DNA of 64,000 nucleotides from Thermoanaerobaculia bacterium. Lineage in GTDB: Bacteria > Acidobacteriota > Thermoanaerobaculia > Gp7-AA8. The stretch is taken from contig DATLEY010000158.1 of assembly GCA_035525215.1 (NCBI GenBank), positions 1,420 to 65,419 of the forward strand. The letters run 5' to 3'. This document shows, piece after piece, positions 30,124-40,290 of the stretch; position 1 is the first letter of the stretch; every line of letters begins with the position of its first letter. A program made the translations under genes and the position numbers. The notes under the pieces were generated by a model. It was not told the DNA's origin, did not search any database, and saw only the letters and a program-made list of their open reading frames with translations.

Positions 30124-30360
30124 TTGTTAGTTGTGATGTTGTTAGTTGTTGGTTGTTCCGAGTTCCCAGTTCCGAGTTCCCAGTTCCCAGTCGAAGCGTG
30201 TCCGTAACGTGGCGGCCTGAAGCGTTGGCCAAGCCACGCGTGAGCCCGCGCGTGCATGCCGCCCGGCCGGAGGCCGGCCGGTACAGTAGGACCGGCAGCT
30301 GCCAACTACACGAACAACTGGGAACTCGGAACTCACAACTAACAACTAGCAACTAACAAC
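30121..30360. repeat. MITE-like composite repeat: inverted heptamer-microsatellite arms flanking a B-type core
   Basis: 30121-30200 TAGTTGT/AGTTCCC-type repeats (revcomp of the 16040-16095 arm). Core GCGTGAGCCCGCGCGTGCATGCCGCCCGGCCGGAGGCCGGCCGGTAC resembles the 55-bp tandem unit. 30300-30355 has the same heptamers in forward orientation. Confidence 0.8.
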
Positions 30361-30393
30361 TGCCTCCCATAGACTCACGCCCCGGAGGACCCC

Positions 30394-32361
<1,968 letters not shown>

Positions 32362-32402
32362 CCAACCGGATCGCTCCGCTTCCGATCTGCCGTTGATCGT
32401 TC

Positions 32403-33332
32403 ATGGTCGATTTCTCCCTCGTCATCCCGACCTACAACCGTGTCGACACGCTCATGCGCGTGCTCGGAGCGCTCGGCTCGCAGGAAGAGGCGCCGTCCTT
32501 CGAGGTCGTCCTCATCAATGACGGATCGAGCGACGAGACCGGCTCGATCGTTCCCCGCGCCATCGCCGAAGGGCGATTCAACTATCCGATTCACTTCGAG
32601 ACCCAGAGCAATGCGGGGCCGGGCCAGGCGAGAAACCGAGGTACCGGAATCGCCGCAGGTCGTTATGTTCTTTATATCGGCGACGACACTGTCCCGGAGC
32701 CGCGATTTCTCGCCGAGCATGCGCGCGTCCATTCCGAGAGCGACCACGATCCCCTCCTCGCGTGCCTCGGGTACACCGGATGGCCCGATGGCGAGCCGGT
32801 CACGGCCTTCATGGATTACATCAACGACTTCGGCCTCCAGTTCGGCTACCGGCTGATCGAGCACGGAGCGATCGTCCCTTTCAATTTCTTCTACACCTCG
32901 AACATCTCCATCTCCCGGAGCGTTCTGGGCGCTTCGCCGTTCGACACGACCTTTCCCGCGGCCGCCTGGGAAGACATCGAGCTCGCCTACCGGCTGGAGC
33001 GGGAGGGTCTGAAGATCCGTTACAGCGCGCGCGCCGTGACCCGGCACTACCACCAGATGACCGTCGACAGTTTCGCGAGGCGCCAGTTCACGGTCGGAAG
33101 ATCGGGAGCGATTTTTTTCGAGAAGCATCCCGAGCTCGGCCACTTCCTGGGCGTCCATGAGCTCGGCGAGCGGGGCCTGGCCAGCGAGGCCGAGATCAGG
33201 CGGCTGACTCTCTTCGCCCGCCTGGGTGAGCGATTCAGGCCCCTGGCCCGGAATGACGTCTTCGAAAGGCTGATGCGGCAGCATTACCTCCGAGGGCTGC
33301 AGGAAGGGCTGAGGAAACAGAAACCGGCATGA
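32403..33332 (+). CDS. Family 2 glycosyltransferase
   Basis: 309 aa, FSLVIPTYNRVDTL…VVLINDGSSDETG…YIGDDT (GT-A fold, DxD). Confidence 0.8.
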   Translation: MVDFSLVIPTYNRVDTLMRVLGALGSQEEAPSFEVVLINDGSSDETGSIVPRAIAEGRFNYPIHFETQSNAGPGQARNRGTGIAAGRYVLYIGDDTVPEPRFLAEHARVHSESDHDPLLACLGYTGWPDGEPVTAFMDYINDFGLQFGYRLIEHGAIVPFNFFYTSNISISRSVLGASPFDTTFPAAAWEDIELAYRLEREGLKIRYSARAVTRHYHQMTVDSFARRQFTVGRSGAIFFEKHPELGHFLGVHELGERGLASEAEIRRLTLFARLGERFRPLARNDVFERLMRQHYLRGLQEGLRKQKPA

Positions 33333-33548
33333 GGACCGTCGCGAGCGCCGGTGAAGCGCAAATGACTCCCTTGAATCGCGAGGTGAGTCAAAAACCGGGC
33401 ACGGGCACGTTCACGTTCACGGGTCGACGGGGGTGCGTCGTCATCCTGAGCGTGAGCGAAGGATCTGGGGGATTGGGACGGGAGAAACGCGGAGCTGGGG
33501 TAGGGCACGAGAGCGTTGATTCGCTCGACATTGGCCACGGGGTGAAGC

Positions 33549-33822
33549 GGTGTCATTAGAAGGCCGCACGCGCCAGCCGCGCAGAATATGAGCTGGAGTC
33601 GCGGCCGAAGAATCTCAGCCGCGATGATCGCTGTCGGGTTCTTATACACGTCCAGACGCGTTCGTTCGATGCAACTGCCCGGGCACGAGAATCCGATGAC
33701 GGCCTGCGCATTCTGAGATTCTTCGGCCGCGAGACCAATCGTCTCTCAACCTCGTCTTCTCGTGCGGCCTCTGAATGACCCACCCTCCCCCGCTCGCAGC
33801 CGGGGGGGGTGTCATTAGAAGG
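33549..33822. repeat. 244-bp palindromic element flanked by 15-bp direct repeats GGTGTCATTAGAAGG
   Basis: Direct repeats at 33549-33563 and 33808-33822. Internal 18-bp perfect inverted repeat GCGGCCGAAGAATCTCAG (33601-33618) / CTGAGATTCTTCGGCCGC (33713-33730) plus outer IR GGCCGCACG / CGTGCGGCC. Motif GCGGTGTCATTAGAA recurs (revcomp) at 54897-54909. Confidence 0.75.
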
Positions 33823-33886
33823 ACTTTGAGGATCTGCCGCCTGCCGGCCGTGCCTGATCTTTTTCATCGGCTAGAATGTCGCCCAC

Positions 33887-34555
33887 ATGGCTCTGGACGG
33901 CTTTTTTCTCGCGGTTGAAGGGATCGAAGGATCCGGCAAGACGACGCAGGTCGCACGGCTCGAGCAGCGGATCCGCTCGGGCGGCGGCAACGTCATCGTG
34001 ACCAAGGAGCCGGGGGGAACGGCGACGGGAAACCGGATTCGCTCCATTCTCCTCGATCCCCAGGAAGAGGGGATGGATCCTCTCACCGAGCTCTTTCTCT
34101 ACGCGGCATCGCGGCGCCAGCACGTGGTGGAGCTGATCCGTCCCGCTCTGGAGCGGGGAGCGGTCGTGCTCTGCGACAGGTTCACCGACGCGACACTCGC
34201 CTATCAGGGCTTTGGAAGGCTTCTCGATCTCGATCGTCTTCGTCAGATCAACGACTGGGCCACCGACGGAATCCGCCCGACGCTCACCCTGATCCTCGAT
34301 CTGCCCGAATCCGTGGGACTGGATCGAGCCAAGGAACGGAACGCGGCGGAGGACCTTCAGCGGGAGAGCCGCCTCGAGGGAGAGGATCTCCGTTTCCATC
34401 GTCGAGTGCGAGAGGGATATCTGACTCTGGCCGAAGCGCAGCCGGATCGCTACGCGGTCGTCGACGCGAGCGGGAGCGCGGACGAGGTTTTCGATCGACT
34501 CGTTCAAACCCTGGAGTCCCGGGTTCCGCGGCTGATGGCGACCGCTGTTTCATGA
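33887..34555 (+). CDS. tmk: Thymidylate kinase Tmk
   Basis: 222 aa, FLAVEGIEGSGKTTQ… P-loop, DRF motif, LID region. Confidence 0.9.
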   Translation: MALDGFFLAVEGIEGSGKTTQVARLEQRIRSGGGNVIVTKEPGGTATGNRIRSILLDPQEEGMDPLTELFLYAASRRQHVVELIRPALERGAVVLCDRFTDATLAYQGFGRLLDLDRLRQINDWATDGIRPTLTLILDLPESVGLDRAKERNAAEDLQRESRLEGEDLRFHRRVREGYLTLAEAQPDRYAVVDASGSADEVFDRLVQTLESRVPRLMATAVS

Positions 34556-35454
34556 CCCGGGTCGACGACCTGCTTCTGGACACGGCCCGGCGTGGCGAGC
34601 TTCATCATGCCGTGATTCTCCACGGTCCTTCCGCGCCCACCCTTTCGACGCTCGCGCTCCGCATCGCCCGCGCGCTGAACTGTATCGAGCGGACCACCGG
34701 CGACGATTGCCTGGCCTGTCGCAAGATCGAAAAGGGAACGCATCCCGACGTGCACATGGTCGGAGTCGACGAGAACCGGAAGCTGATCGCGGTGGAACAG
34801 ATCCGGGAAATGATCGGCGGCGCGGCGCACCGTCCCTATGAAGGACGGACGAAGGTCTTCATCGTCGCGGCAGCCGAGGCGATCAGCACCGCGGGGGCGA
34901 ACGCCATGCTCAAGACGCTGGAAGAGCCGGGACGCGATACGGTCTTTCTACTGCTCACTCGCGCCCCGGATCTCCTTCTCCCCACCATCCGCTCTCGCGC
35001 GCAGTCGATCGCGATTGCCCCGCCGGTCATCGATTCCGACGAGAGAGCGAGCGACGCTCTCCGCCGCCTCCGTGACGAGCTGCTCTCGCTTCCCGGACTC
35101 AGTGAGGAGGATGCCTCCCGCCTGACGCGCTCGATCCTCGCGCGGCTGAGTCAGTGGGCGGGCTCGCGCGACACCGGCGCGCTTCTGGGGATCGCCAGCG
35201 AGCTCTCCTCCGAGACCGAGCCTCGGGCCGCACTTCCCCTTCTCGCCACCGTCCTTCGCGACCTCGCTTCGCGCGAGCCGGAAGCGATGCTCGACCCGGG
35301 CGCCGCCGCGACCGTCCGCGATTCGATTCCGATCGAGACCCTTCTGCGCGCCGCCCACACGAGCCTTCGGAACGCCCAGCGACTCACGGTGAACGCCGAT
35401 GGGCGGCTGCTGCTCGAGCAGGCGCTCTGCGCGCTGGCGGGTGGGAGGGGATGA
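34552..35454 (+). CDS. holB: DNA polymerase III subunit delta' HolB
   Basis: 300 aa, …HAVILHGPSAP… zinc module CIERTTGDDCLACRKIEKGTHPDV, SRAQ sensor motif. Downstream of tmk as in many bacteria. Confidence 0.8.
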   Translation: MTRVDDLLLDTARRGELHHAVILHGPSAPTLSTLALRIARALNCIERTTGDDCLACRKIEKGTHPDVHMVGVDENRKLIAVEQIREMIGGAAHRPYEGRTKVFIVAAAEAISTAGANAMLKTLEEPGRDTVFLLLTRAPDLLLPTIRSRAQSIAIAPPVIDSDERASDALRRLRDELLSLPGLSEEDASRLTRSILARLSQWAGSRDTGALLGIASELSSETEPRAALPLLATVLRDLASREPEAMLDPGAAATVRDSIPIETLLRAAHTSLRNAQRLTVNADGRLLLEQALCALAGGRG

Positions 35455-35560
35455 CGGGAGTCCTGAGTGCTGAGTCCTGAGTGCTGAGTCCTGAGTGGAG
35501 GTTCCCGTGAACGTGCCCGTGCCCGTGCCCGTGAACGGTTTTTGACTCACCCACTCGCGA
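35455..35560. repeat. Tandem GAGTCCTGAGTGCT-type repeat plus inverted module A copy
   Basis: CTGAGTGCTGAGTCCTGAGTGCTGAGTCCTGAGTGG immediately after the holB stop. Then CCCGTGAACGTGCCCGTGCCCGTGCCCGTGAACGGTTTTTGACTCAC (reverse orientation of module A). Confidence 0.8.
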
Positions 35561-35884
35561 TTCGGCGGTGCACTCCACTCCATCAGATCAAAGTTCCGCT
35601 CCAATCCGCCCAAAACAAAAAGGCCCCGACCCTTTCGGGCCGGGGCTCTTGATTCGTTCTGGATGGATGTTGGAAATGCGATCTGGCGGGCTGTTATCGG
35701 TGAGATCTCTGGAGGCTCATCTTTGAAGAAGGTTTTGTCGGAAGAAAGATGACTGGAGCGATTTCCGCCTCCCATCCAGGACTACTTTGGTTCGACAGCG
35801 AAAGTATAACCGGTTTAAAGGGACTTTGTGAAAACTTTCACCATCGTGACTTCTTTGTGACCGCCGTCCCCAAGCTCAGCCGTT

Positions 35885-36478
35885 TCAGTCAGATGGGGAG
35901 GGTACCGCCGCCGCCGCCGCCGCCGGTGGGCTGGCGGGTCGGGGAGAAAGGCGTTGGGCCCCCCGAGGCGTGAGGGGGTAGGTGAGATCGAGGTGACCGG
36001 CGAGTGTGGGGACGACCTCTCCCCCGACCAGCAGTTGCACGCGACGGACGGAAGAGAGATTGGCGGTGAGACTCTGCACGACTGCATACGCGGCGGTAAG
36101 CTCGGCATGGCTTCCGGCGTTCCAGCCGCTTTGCAGCGTCTCGCCGCCGAGATCGATCACGGCTGTCCCCCCCGGAAGAAGGAACGCTCCGCGCACGACG
36201 GCGTCATCGGGAAAGGGGCGCGGGAATCCGCCAGGCGCCGGCCCTTCAATGAGCGCGGTGGCGATGGTACGCACCGCGGCGGCTTCGCTTTCGGGCATCG
36301 GCAAGTCGCGAGGAACCGGAACCAGGACGCCGTCGCCGCCCTCATAGAAACAGACCACCCGACGCGACTCCATCGGATCCTGCTGCGCCGCGGAGGGAGG
36401 GATGTGGGCCGGGTCTTCGCGCGAGCATCCGGTCGCAAAAAAAACAGCCGCGACGAAGATCGTGCAGCGGAGCTTCAT
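35885..36478 (-). CDS. GerMN-domain lipoprotein
   Basis: 197 aa, lipobox (FFATGC), then a GerM-like region (…VVCFYEGGDGVLVPVPRDLP…AVRTIATALIEGP…). Co-oriented and overlapping with the upstream amidase gene. Confidence 0.55.
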   Translation of the reverse strand: MKLRCTIFVAAVFFATGCSREDPAHIPPSAAQQDPMESRRVVCFYEGGDGVLVPVPRDLPMPESEAAAVRTIATALIEGPAPGGFPRPFPDDAVVRGAFLLPGGTAVIDLGGETLQSGWNAGSHAELTAAYAVVQSLTANLSSVRRVQLLVGGEVVPTLAGHLDLTYPLTPRGAQRLSPRPASPPAAAAAAVPSPSD

Positions 36479-38001
36479 TGCGCGCCGCTCGCCGGAGCGG
36501 CTGCCGGAGTCCCCGCCGCGGTCGATCGTTCGGCGGGGAGGCCGAGATGCGCTTCATGCTCGGCTTTGAACTTGGTGATGGCCCGAGCCAGAGCCCGGGC
36601 GATCACATCCTGATATTCGGCGGAGGCGAGCTTCGATTCTTCTTCGGGATTCGAGATGAACCCGACCTCCACGAGGGCCGCCGGCATCGTCGCTCCGATG
36701 AGGACCTTGAAAGGCGCCTGCTTCACGCCGCGGTTCTCGACGCCGCTGGCGCTGTTCATCTCTTCCTGCACCAGCTCGGCGAGGCGGCTGGACTCCTTCA
36801 GATATTTCTGCTGCGCGAGGTCCCAGAGGATCAGATTGAGATCGGATCGTGAAGCCGCGCCTCCCGCGCTCGAGTCCATGGCGTTCTCCCGCTCGGCGGT
36901 TGCGCGCGCCAGCTCGTCCGACGCATCGAGGGAGAGGTAGTAGGTTTCCGCTCCGTGAGCCTGTGGAGTGCGCGAAGCGTTCAGATGAACCGAGAGGAAA
37001 AGGTCAGCACTGTATTGATTGGCCAGCGCGGTCCGCTCATCGAGCGGGACAACGCTGTCGTCCTCCCGCGTCAGGAGAACGCGAACCCCCAGCGTCGATC
37101 CGAGGATCGACTGGAGCCGGCGACAGATGGCCAGAGTGGCGCCTTTCTCGACCAGCCCTCCGGGACCGACCGCTCCGACTTCCTTGCCGCCATGTCCCGG
37201 ATCGAGAACGATCGTCCGGATTCCGGCGGAGGCGGGCTCCCGAAGGGAACCCGGCAGGGGAAGCTGGCCGTCGGGAACACGCTCCCCCTTCTGAAGATCG
37301 ATGACGACCCGAAAAGGATTCTGGAGCGTGTAGGAATCGCCGGCGACATCTCTCGACTCCAGAGCGATGATCACCTGGCGTTCCTGAACGGAGACGCGAT
37401 CGAGAAATGGTTCCTCGTAGCCCCGATCGGCCGTGCCCGTCAGGGGATTCCGGAACTGAATCACGTAGGCCGCGGGGTCGCGCCGAAGGGTATACGGAAT
37501 CTCGCGGGAAAGCTCGATCACGATCTTGGTCATCCCGTCGAGGGCGACGACGCTGATGCTCGCGGGAATGGCGTCGAGCCGGCGCGGTGCGAGGACGAAC
37601 AGGCGTGCCGCGGGATCCCACCGCAGCTCGAGCTCCGGGGTTGCATGGAAAATCAGCTCCCGAAAGAACTCCCACGGCAAAAAGGGACGGGCATCGATGA
37701 AGATCGGGGCGGTCGGCATCTCGATGAGCTCATCCCCCACCGCGCCGAACCGGCTCCCCGAGGTGAACCCGGCGGTCCTGGCTCCCAGCGCGACGCGGTA
37801 CCCCTGGGGGTCGCCGGTCAGACTTCCTCCCAACGCCTCGGACATGGCGTCGGCAGGAACGAAAAGCTGGCCGATCTGCTCGACCACCGTGATGGGAACT
37901 TCGCCGGTCGAGGTGCGCAGACGGGCGGAGCTCGTCTGCGCTCGAACGACCGACACGACCGCAAGCGCGATCATCAGAAGGATTGATCCGGTTCGCTTCA
38001 T
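36475..38001 (-). CDS. N-acetylmuramoyl-L-alanine amidase (AmiC/AmiA-like, Amidase_3) with N-terminal AMIN-like region
   Basis: Start MKRTGSILLMIALAVVSVVRAQ (signal) within ORF 36475..38337. Catalytic domain IVLDPGHGGKEVGAVGP…SADLFLSVHLNAS…AETYYLS. Confidence 0.8.
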   Translation of the reverse strand: MKRTGSILLMIALAVVSVVRAQTSSARLRTSTGEVPITVVEQIGQLFVPADAMSEALGGSLTGDPQGYRVALGARTAGFTSGSRFGAVGDELIEMPTAPIFIDARPFLPWEFFRELIFHATPELELRWDPAARLFVLAPRRLDAIPASISVVALDGMTKIVIELSREIPYTLRRDPAAYVIQFRNPLTGTADRGYEEPFLDRVSVQERQVIIALESRDVAGDSYTLQNPFRVVIDLQKGERVPDGQLPLPGSLREPASAGIRTIVLDPGHGGKEVGAVGPGGLVEKGATLAICRRLQSILGSTLGVRVLLTREDDSVVPLDERTALANQYSADLFLSVHLNASRTPQAHGAETYYLSLDASDELARATAERENAMDSSAGGAASRSDLNLILWDLAQQKYLKESSRLAELVQEEMNSASGVENRGVKQAPFKVLIGATMPAALVEVGFISNPEEESKLASAEYQDVIARALARAITKFKAEHEAHLGLPAERSTAAGTPAAAPASGAQ

Positions 38002-38161
38002 CGCCCCACCCACCCGCTGGATTTCGATCTCATGAGCCCGGGAGCAATTATGACTGGAAGGGGGAGCAGAGCGAAATCGGCCCCGATTCTCCAGCGGCCG
38101 GGTCCGCTCCCCCTTCCGCGCGGGCGAGAACGGTGGCCGCGGAGAAGAATAAGATGGCGGC

Positions 38162-38749
38162 ATGAAACGAACCATTCCATTTCTCCTTCTGATCCTCCTT
38201 CCTGGATGCGAGGGGTCGACGCTCGAGAGGTCCGATCGCGGAAGCATGAAGAAGAATCCCATCAGCATCCGCGGCTGGATCGCCGGAATCGATACGGGGG
38301 CCCCTCCCCCCGGCGACGTCTTCGCGGTCACCAGCACGGATCTGAAAATCTCTCCCTACCAGTCGCAGCTTTTCCAGGAGACGAATCTGAGCATTGAAGG
38401 CGTGGTCTACGCCTCGGGCGGTGTCTCGGACAACGGCTCCTTCGTGGTGCTCGATTCGCCCCCCGGCGATGTCGTTTTGAATTTTCAGGCGCCCGGCATC
38501 TCCCTCGTGCAGCTCCGAATGAGCGGAATTCCCCCGAGTGCCGACGTGCTGATCCCCGCGATCCAGGTTCATCCCGACCGGATCGAGATTCTGGACCCGA
38601 AGAGCATCGCGATCCGCGTGCCGGCTCCCGCCGGCGGGGAGCGAAAGCGGCTGGACGAGAAAGCCATCGTCGGCGAGCACCAGGTGGAGGTGTGGCAGGT
38701 TCCGCTACGCGACATGATGGACCGGAGAGACTGGCCGGTGCCGCGGTAG
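38162..38749 (+). CDS. Hypothetical lipoprotein
   Basis: 195 aa, signal plus lipobox (LLILLPGCEG). No recognisable domain. Confidence 0.45.
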   Translation: MKRTIPFLLLILLPGCEGSTLERSDRGSMKKNPISIRGWIAGIDTGAPPPGDVFAVTSTDLKISPYQSQLFQETNLSIEGVVYASGGVSDNGSFVVLDSPPGDVVLNFQAPGISLVQLRMSGIPPSADVLIPAIQVHPDRIEILDPKSIAIRVPAPAGGERKRLDEKAIVGEHQVEVWQVPLRDMMDRRDWPVPR

Positions 38750-38825
38750 AAAAAGAGGACGAATAAGAAACGGCGCACCCTGTGCGCCGGTACGATTTCG
38801 AGCGACCTGGTAAAGGAAACCACGC

Positions 38826-39791
38826 ATGAGCACAGAAGTCCGCCCTCCCACCCTCGCGGAGATCGTGAGCGCGCGCGACCGAATCCGGGGAATCGCCATC
38901 CGCACACCTCTGGTGCGATGGAACGTCGGTCCCGACTTTCCCGAGATCTGGCTGAAGCTGGAAAATCTCCAGCCCATCAACGCCTTCAAGATCCGGGGCG
39001 CTGCCAATGCCGTCGCTCTTCTGGACGATGAGGAGAAGCGGCGGGGAGTCTGGACCATCAGCGCAGGAAACGCGGGTCAGGGAGTGGCCTTCGCCGCGCG
39101 AGCTGCCGGCATTCCCTGCACCGTGGTTGCGATCGAAAGCGCTGCCGGGACCAAGGTCGAGCGGATGCGCGCCCTCGGAGCGAACATCGTCAAGGCTCCG
39201 TTCGAGGTCTGCTGGAAAGCCATGGAGGAGCGCGCCTATCCCGGAGTGGATGGAACCTTCGTTCATCCTTTCGACGACCATTCCTTCATCGCGGGAAACG
39301 CCACGGTCGGGCTGGAGATCCTCGAGGATCTTCCGACGACCCGCACGGTGATCGCGGCCATCGGCGGCGGAGGCTTGATCGCCGGGGTGGGAGCGGCGTT
39401 CCGCGCCCTCCGCCCGCAGACGAAGGTTCTGGGAGCCGAGCCGGAGACCGCCGCGCCCGGAGCGCTCTCGTTCGAAGCTCGAGCCCCGCGCGTGTTCGAA
39501 GGATGGAGTGCTTCGTTCGTCGACGGTGCGGGCGGAAAAAGCATCTTCCCTCGGATGTGGGAACGGTTCAAAGAGACGGTCGATGGATCGATCGTCGTCA
39601 CGCTCGACGAGGTCAGGAACGCGATGCGCCTGATCGCCGACAAAAGCCGCGTCATCGCCGAAGGCGCAGGTGCTCTCGGACCGGCCGCAGCGCTTCGGAT
39701 GTCTCGCGATGACGGCCCGATCGTGGCGATCGTTTCCGGCGGCAACATCGATCTCGCGAAGTTCGCTGAGATCATTCGCGGCGACAAATGA
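38826..39791 (+). CDS. PLP-dependent threonine/serine dehydratase family protein (fold-type II)
   Basis: 321 aa, …LKLENLQPINAFKIRGAANAV (PLP-Lys motif)…SAGNAGQGVA…GGGGLIAG. Confidence 0.8.
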   Translation: MSTEVRPPTLAEIVSARDRIRGIAIRTPLVRWNVGPDFPEIWLKLENLQPINAFKIRGAANAVALLDDEEKRRGVWTISAGNAGQGVAFAARAAGIPCTVVAIESAAGTKVERMRALGANIVKAPFEVCWKAMEERAYPGVDGTFVHPFDDHSFIAGNATVGLEILEDLPTTRTVIAAIGGGGLIAGVGAAFRALRPQTKVLGAEPETAAPGALSFEARAPRVFEGWSASFVDGAGGKSIFPRMWERFKETVDGSIVVTLDEVRNAMRLIADKSRVIAEGAGALGPAAALRMSRDDGPIVAIVSGGNIDLAKFAEIIRGDK

Positions 39792-39918
39792 TCGCTCGAG
39801 CGCGCTCGAAAATCGCGCGCAGCGACGCGCGGATGATGCGCGAGCGATTCGCGTCATCGAGGCCCGCTCTCAATTTTTTCTCCACAACATGTAGAAAGAT
39901 GTCAACGAATGTCTTACA

Positions 39919-39945
39919 CTCATCGACATGGAAGTCGATCGTTCG
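39919..39945. promoter_or_regulatory. Palindromic operator-like site CGATCGTTCGAACGTTTCGAAAGATCG
   Basis: Near-perfect 12-bp inverted repeat (TTCGAA half-sites), about 120 bp upstream of the small polycationic peptide gene. Confidence 0.3.
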
Positions 39946-40063
39946 AACGTTTCGAAAGATCGAAGGTGGTCCGAAGCGCAAGTAGCGTCCCTGTTTTGGG
40001 GAGAGTGAGTCGAGGATGGCCGAGCGGATTTTGCGAGGCTGATCCGAAGAGAGGAGGACGCAA

Positions 40064-40135
40064 ATGGCTACGAAAAAGAAAGCAAAAAAGTCGTCTAAGA
40101 AGTCGTCCAAGAAGTCAGCGGCTAAGAAGAAGTAA
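40064..40135 (+). CDS. 23-aa polycationic peptide MATKKKAKKSSKKSSKKSAAKKK
   Basis: ATG 40064 preceded by AGAGGAGGA (7-nt spacing). TAA at 40133-35. Intrinsic terminator follows about 90 nt downstream. Below the ORF-track size cutoff. Confidence 0.5.
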   Translation: MATKKKAKKSSKKSSKKSAAKKK

Positions 40136-40228
40136 TGTGGCGCGTTTCGGAACCGCCGCTGGGGGTCGCGCTTTAAACTCCCGGTGGTGTCTACTGGCGA
40201 CCTCCAGCCTTCCTGCACCGAAATTTCC

Positions 40229-40253
40229 AAGGCGCGCGTCAAGCGCGCCTTTT
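40229..40253 (+). terminator. Rho-independent terminator (GGCGCGC-GTCAA-GCGCGCC-TTTTT)
   Basis: 7-bp GC stem, 5-nt loop, T5 tract. Lies between the small peptide ORF and cstA. Confidence 0.6.
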
Positions 40254-40290
40254 TCGTTGTCCCGAAAATCACCACCATCGAGGCCGGCCG

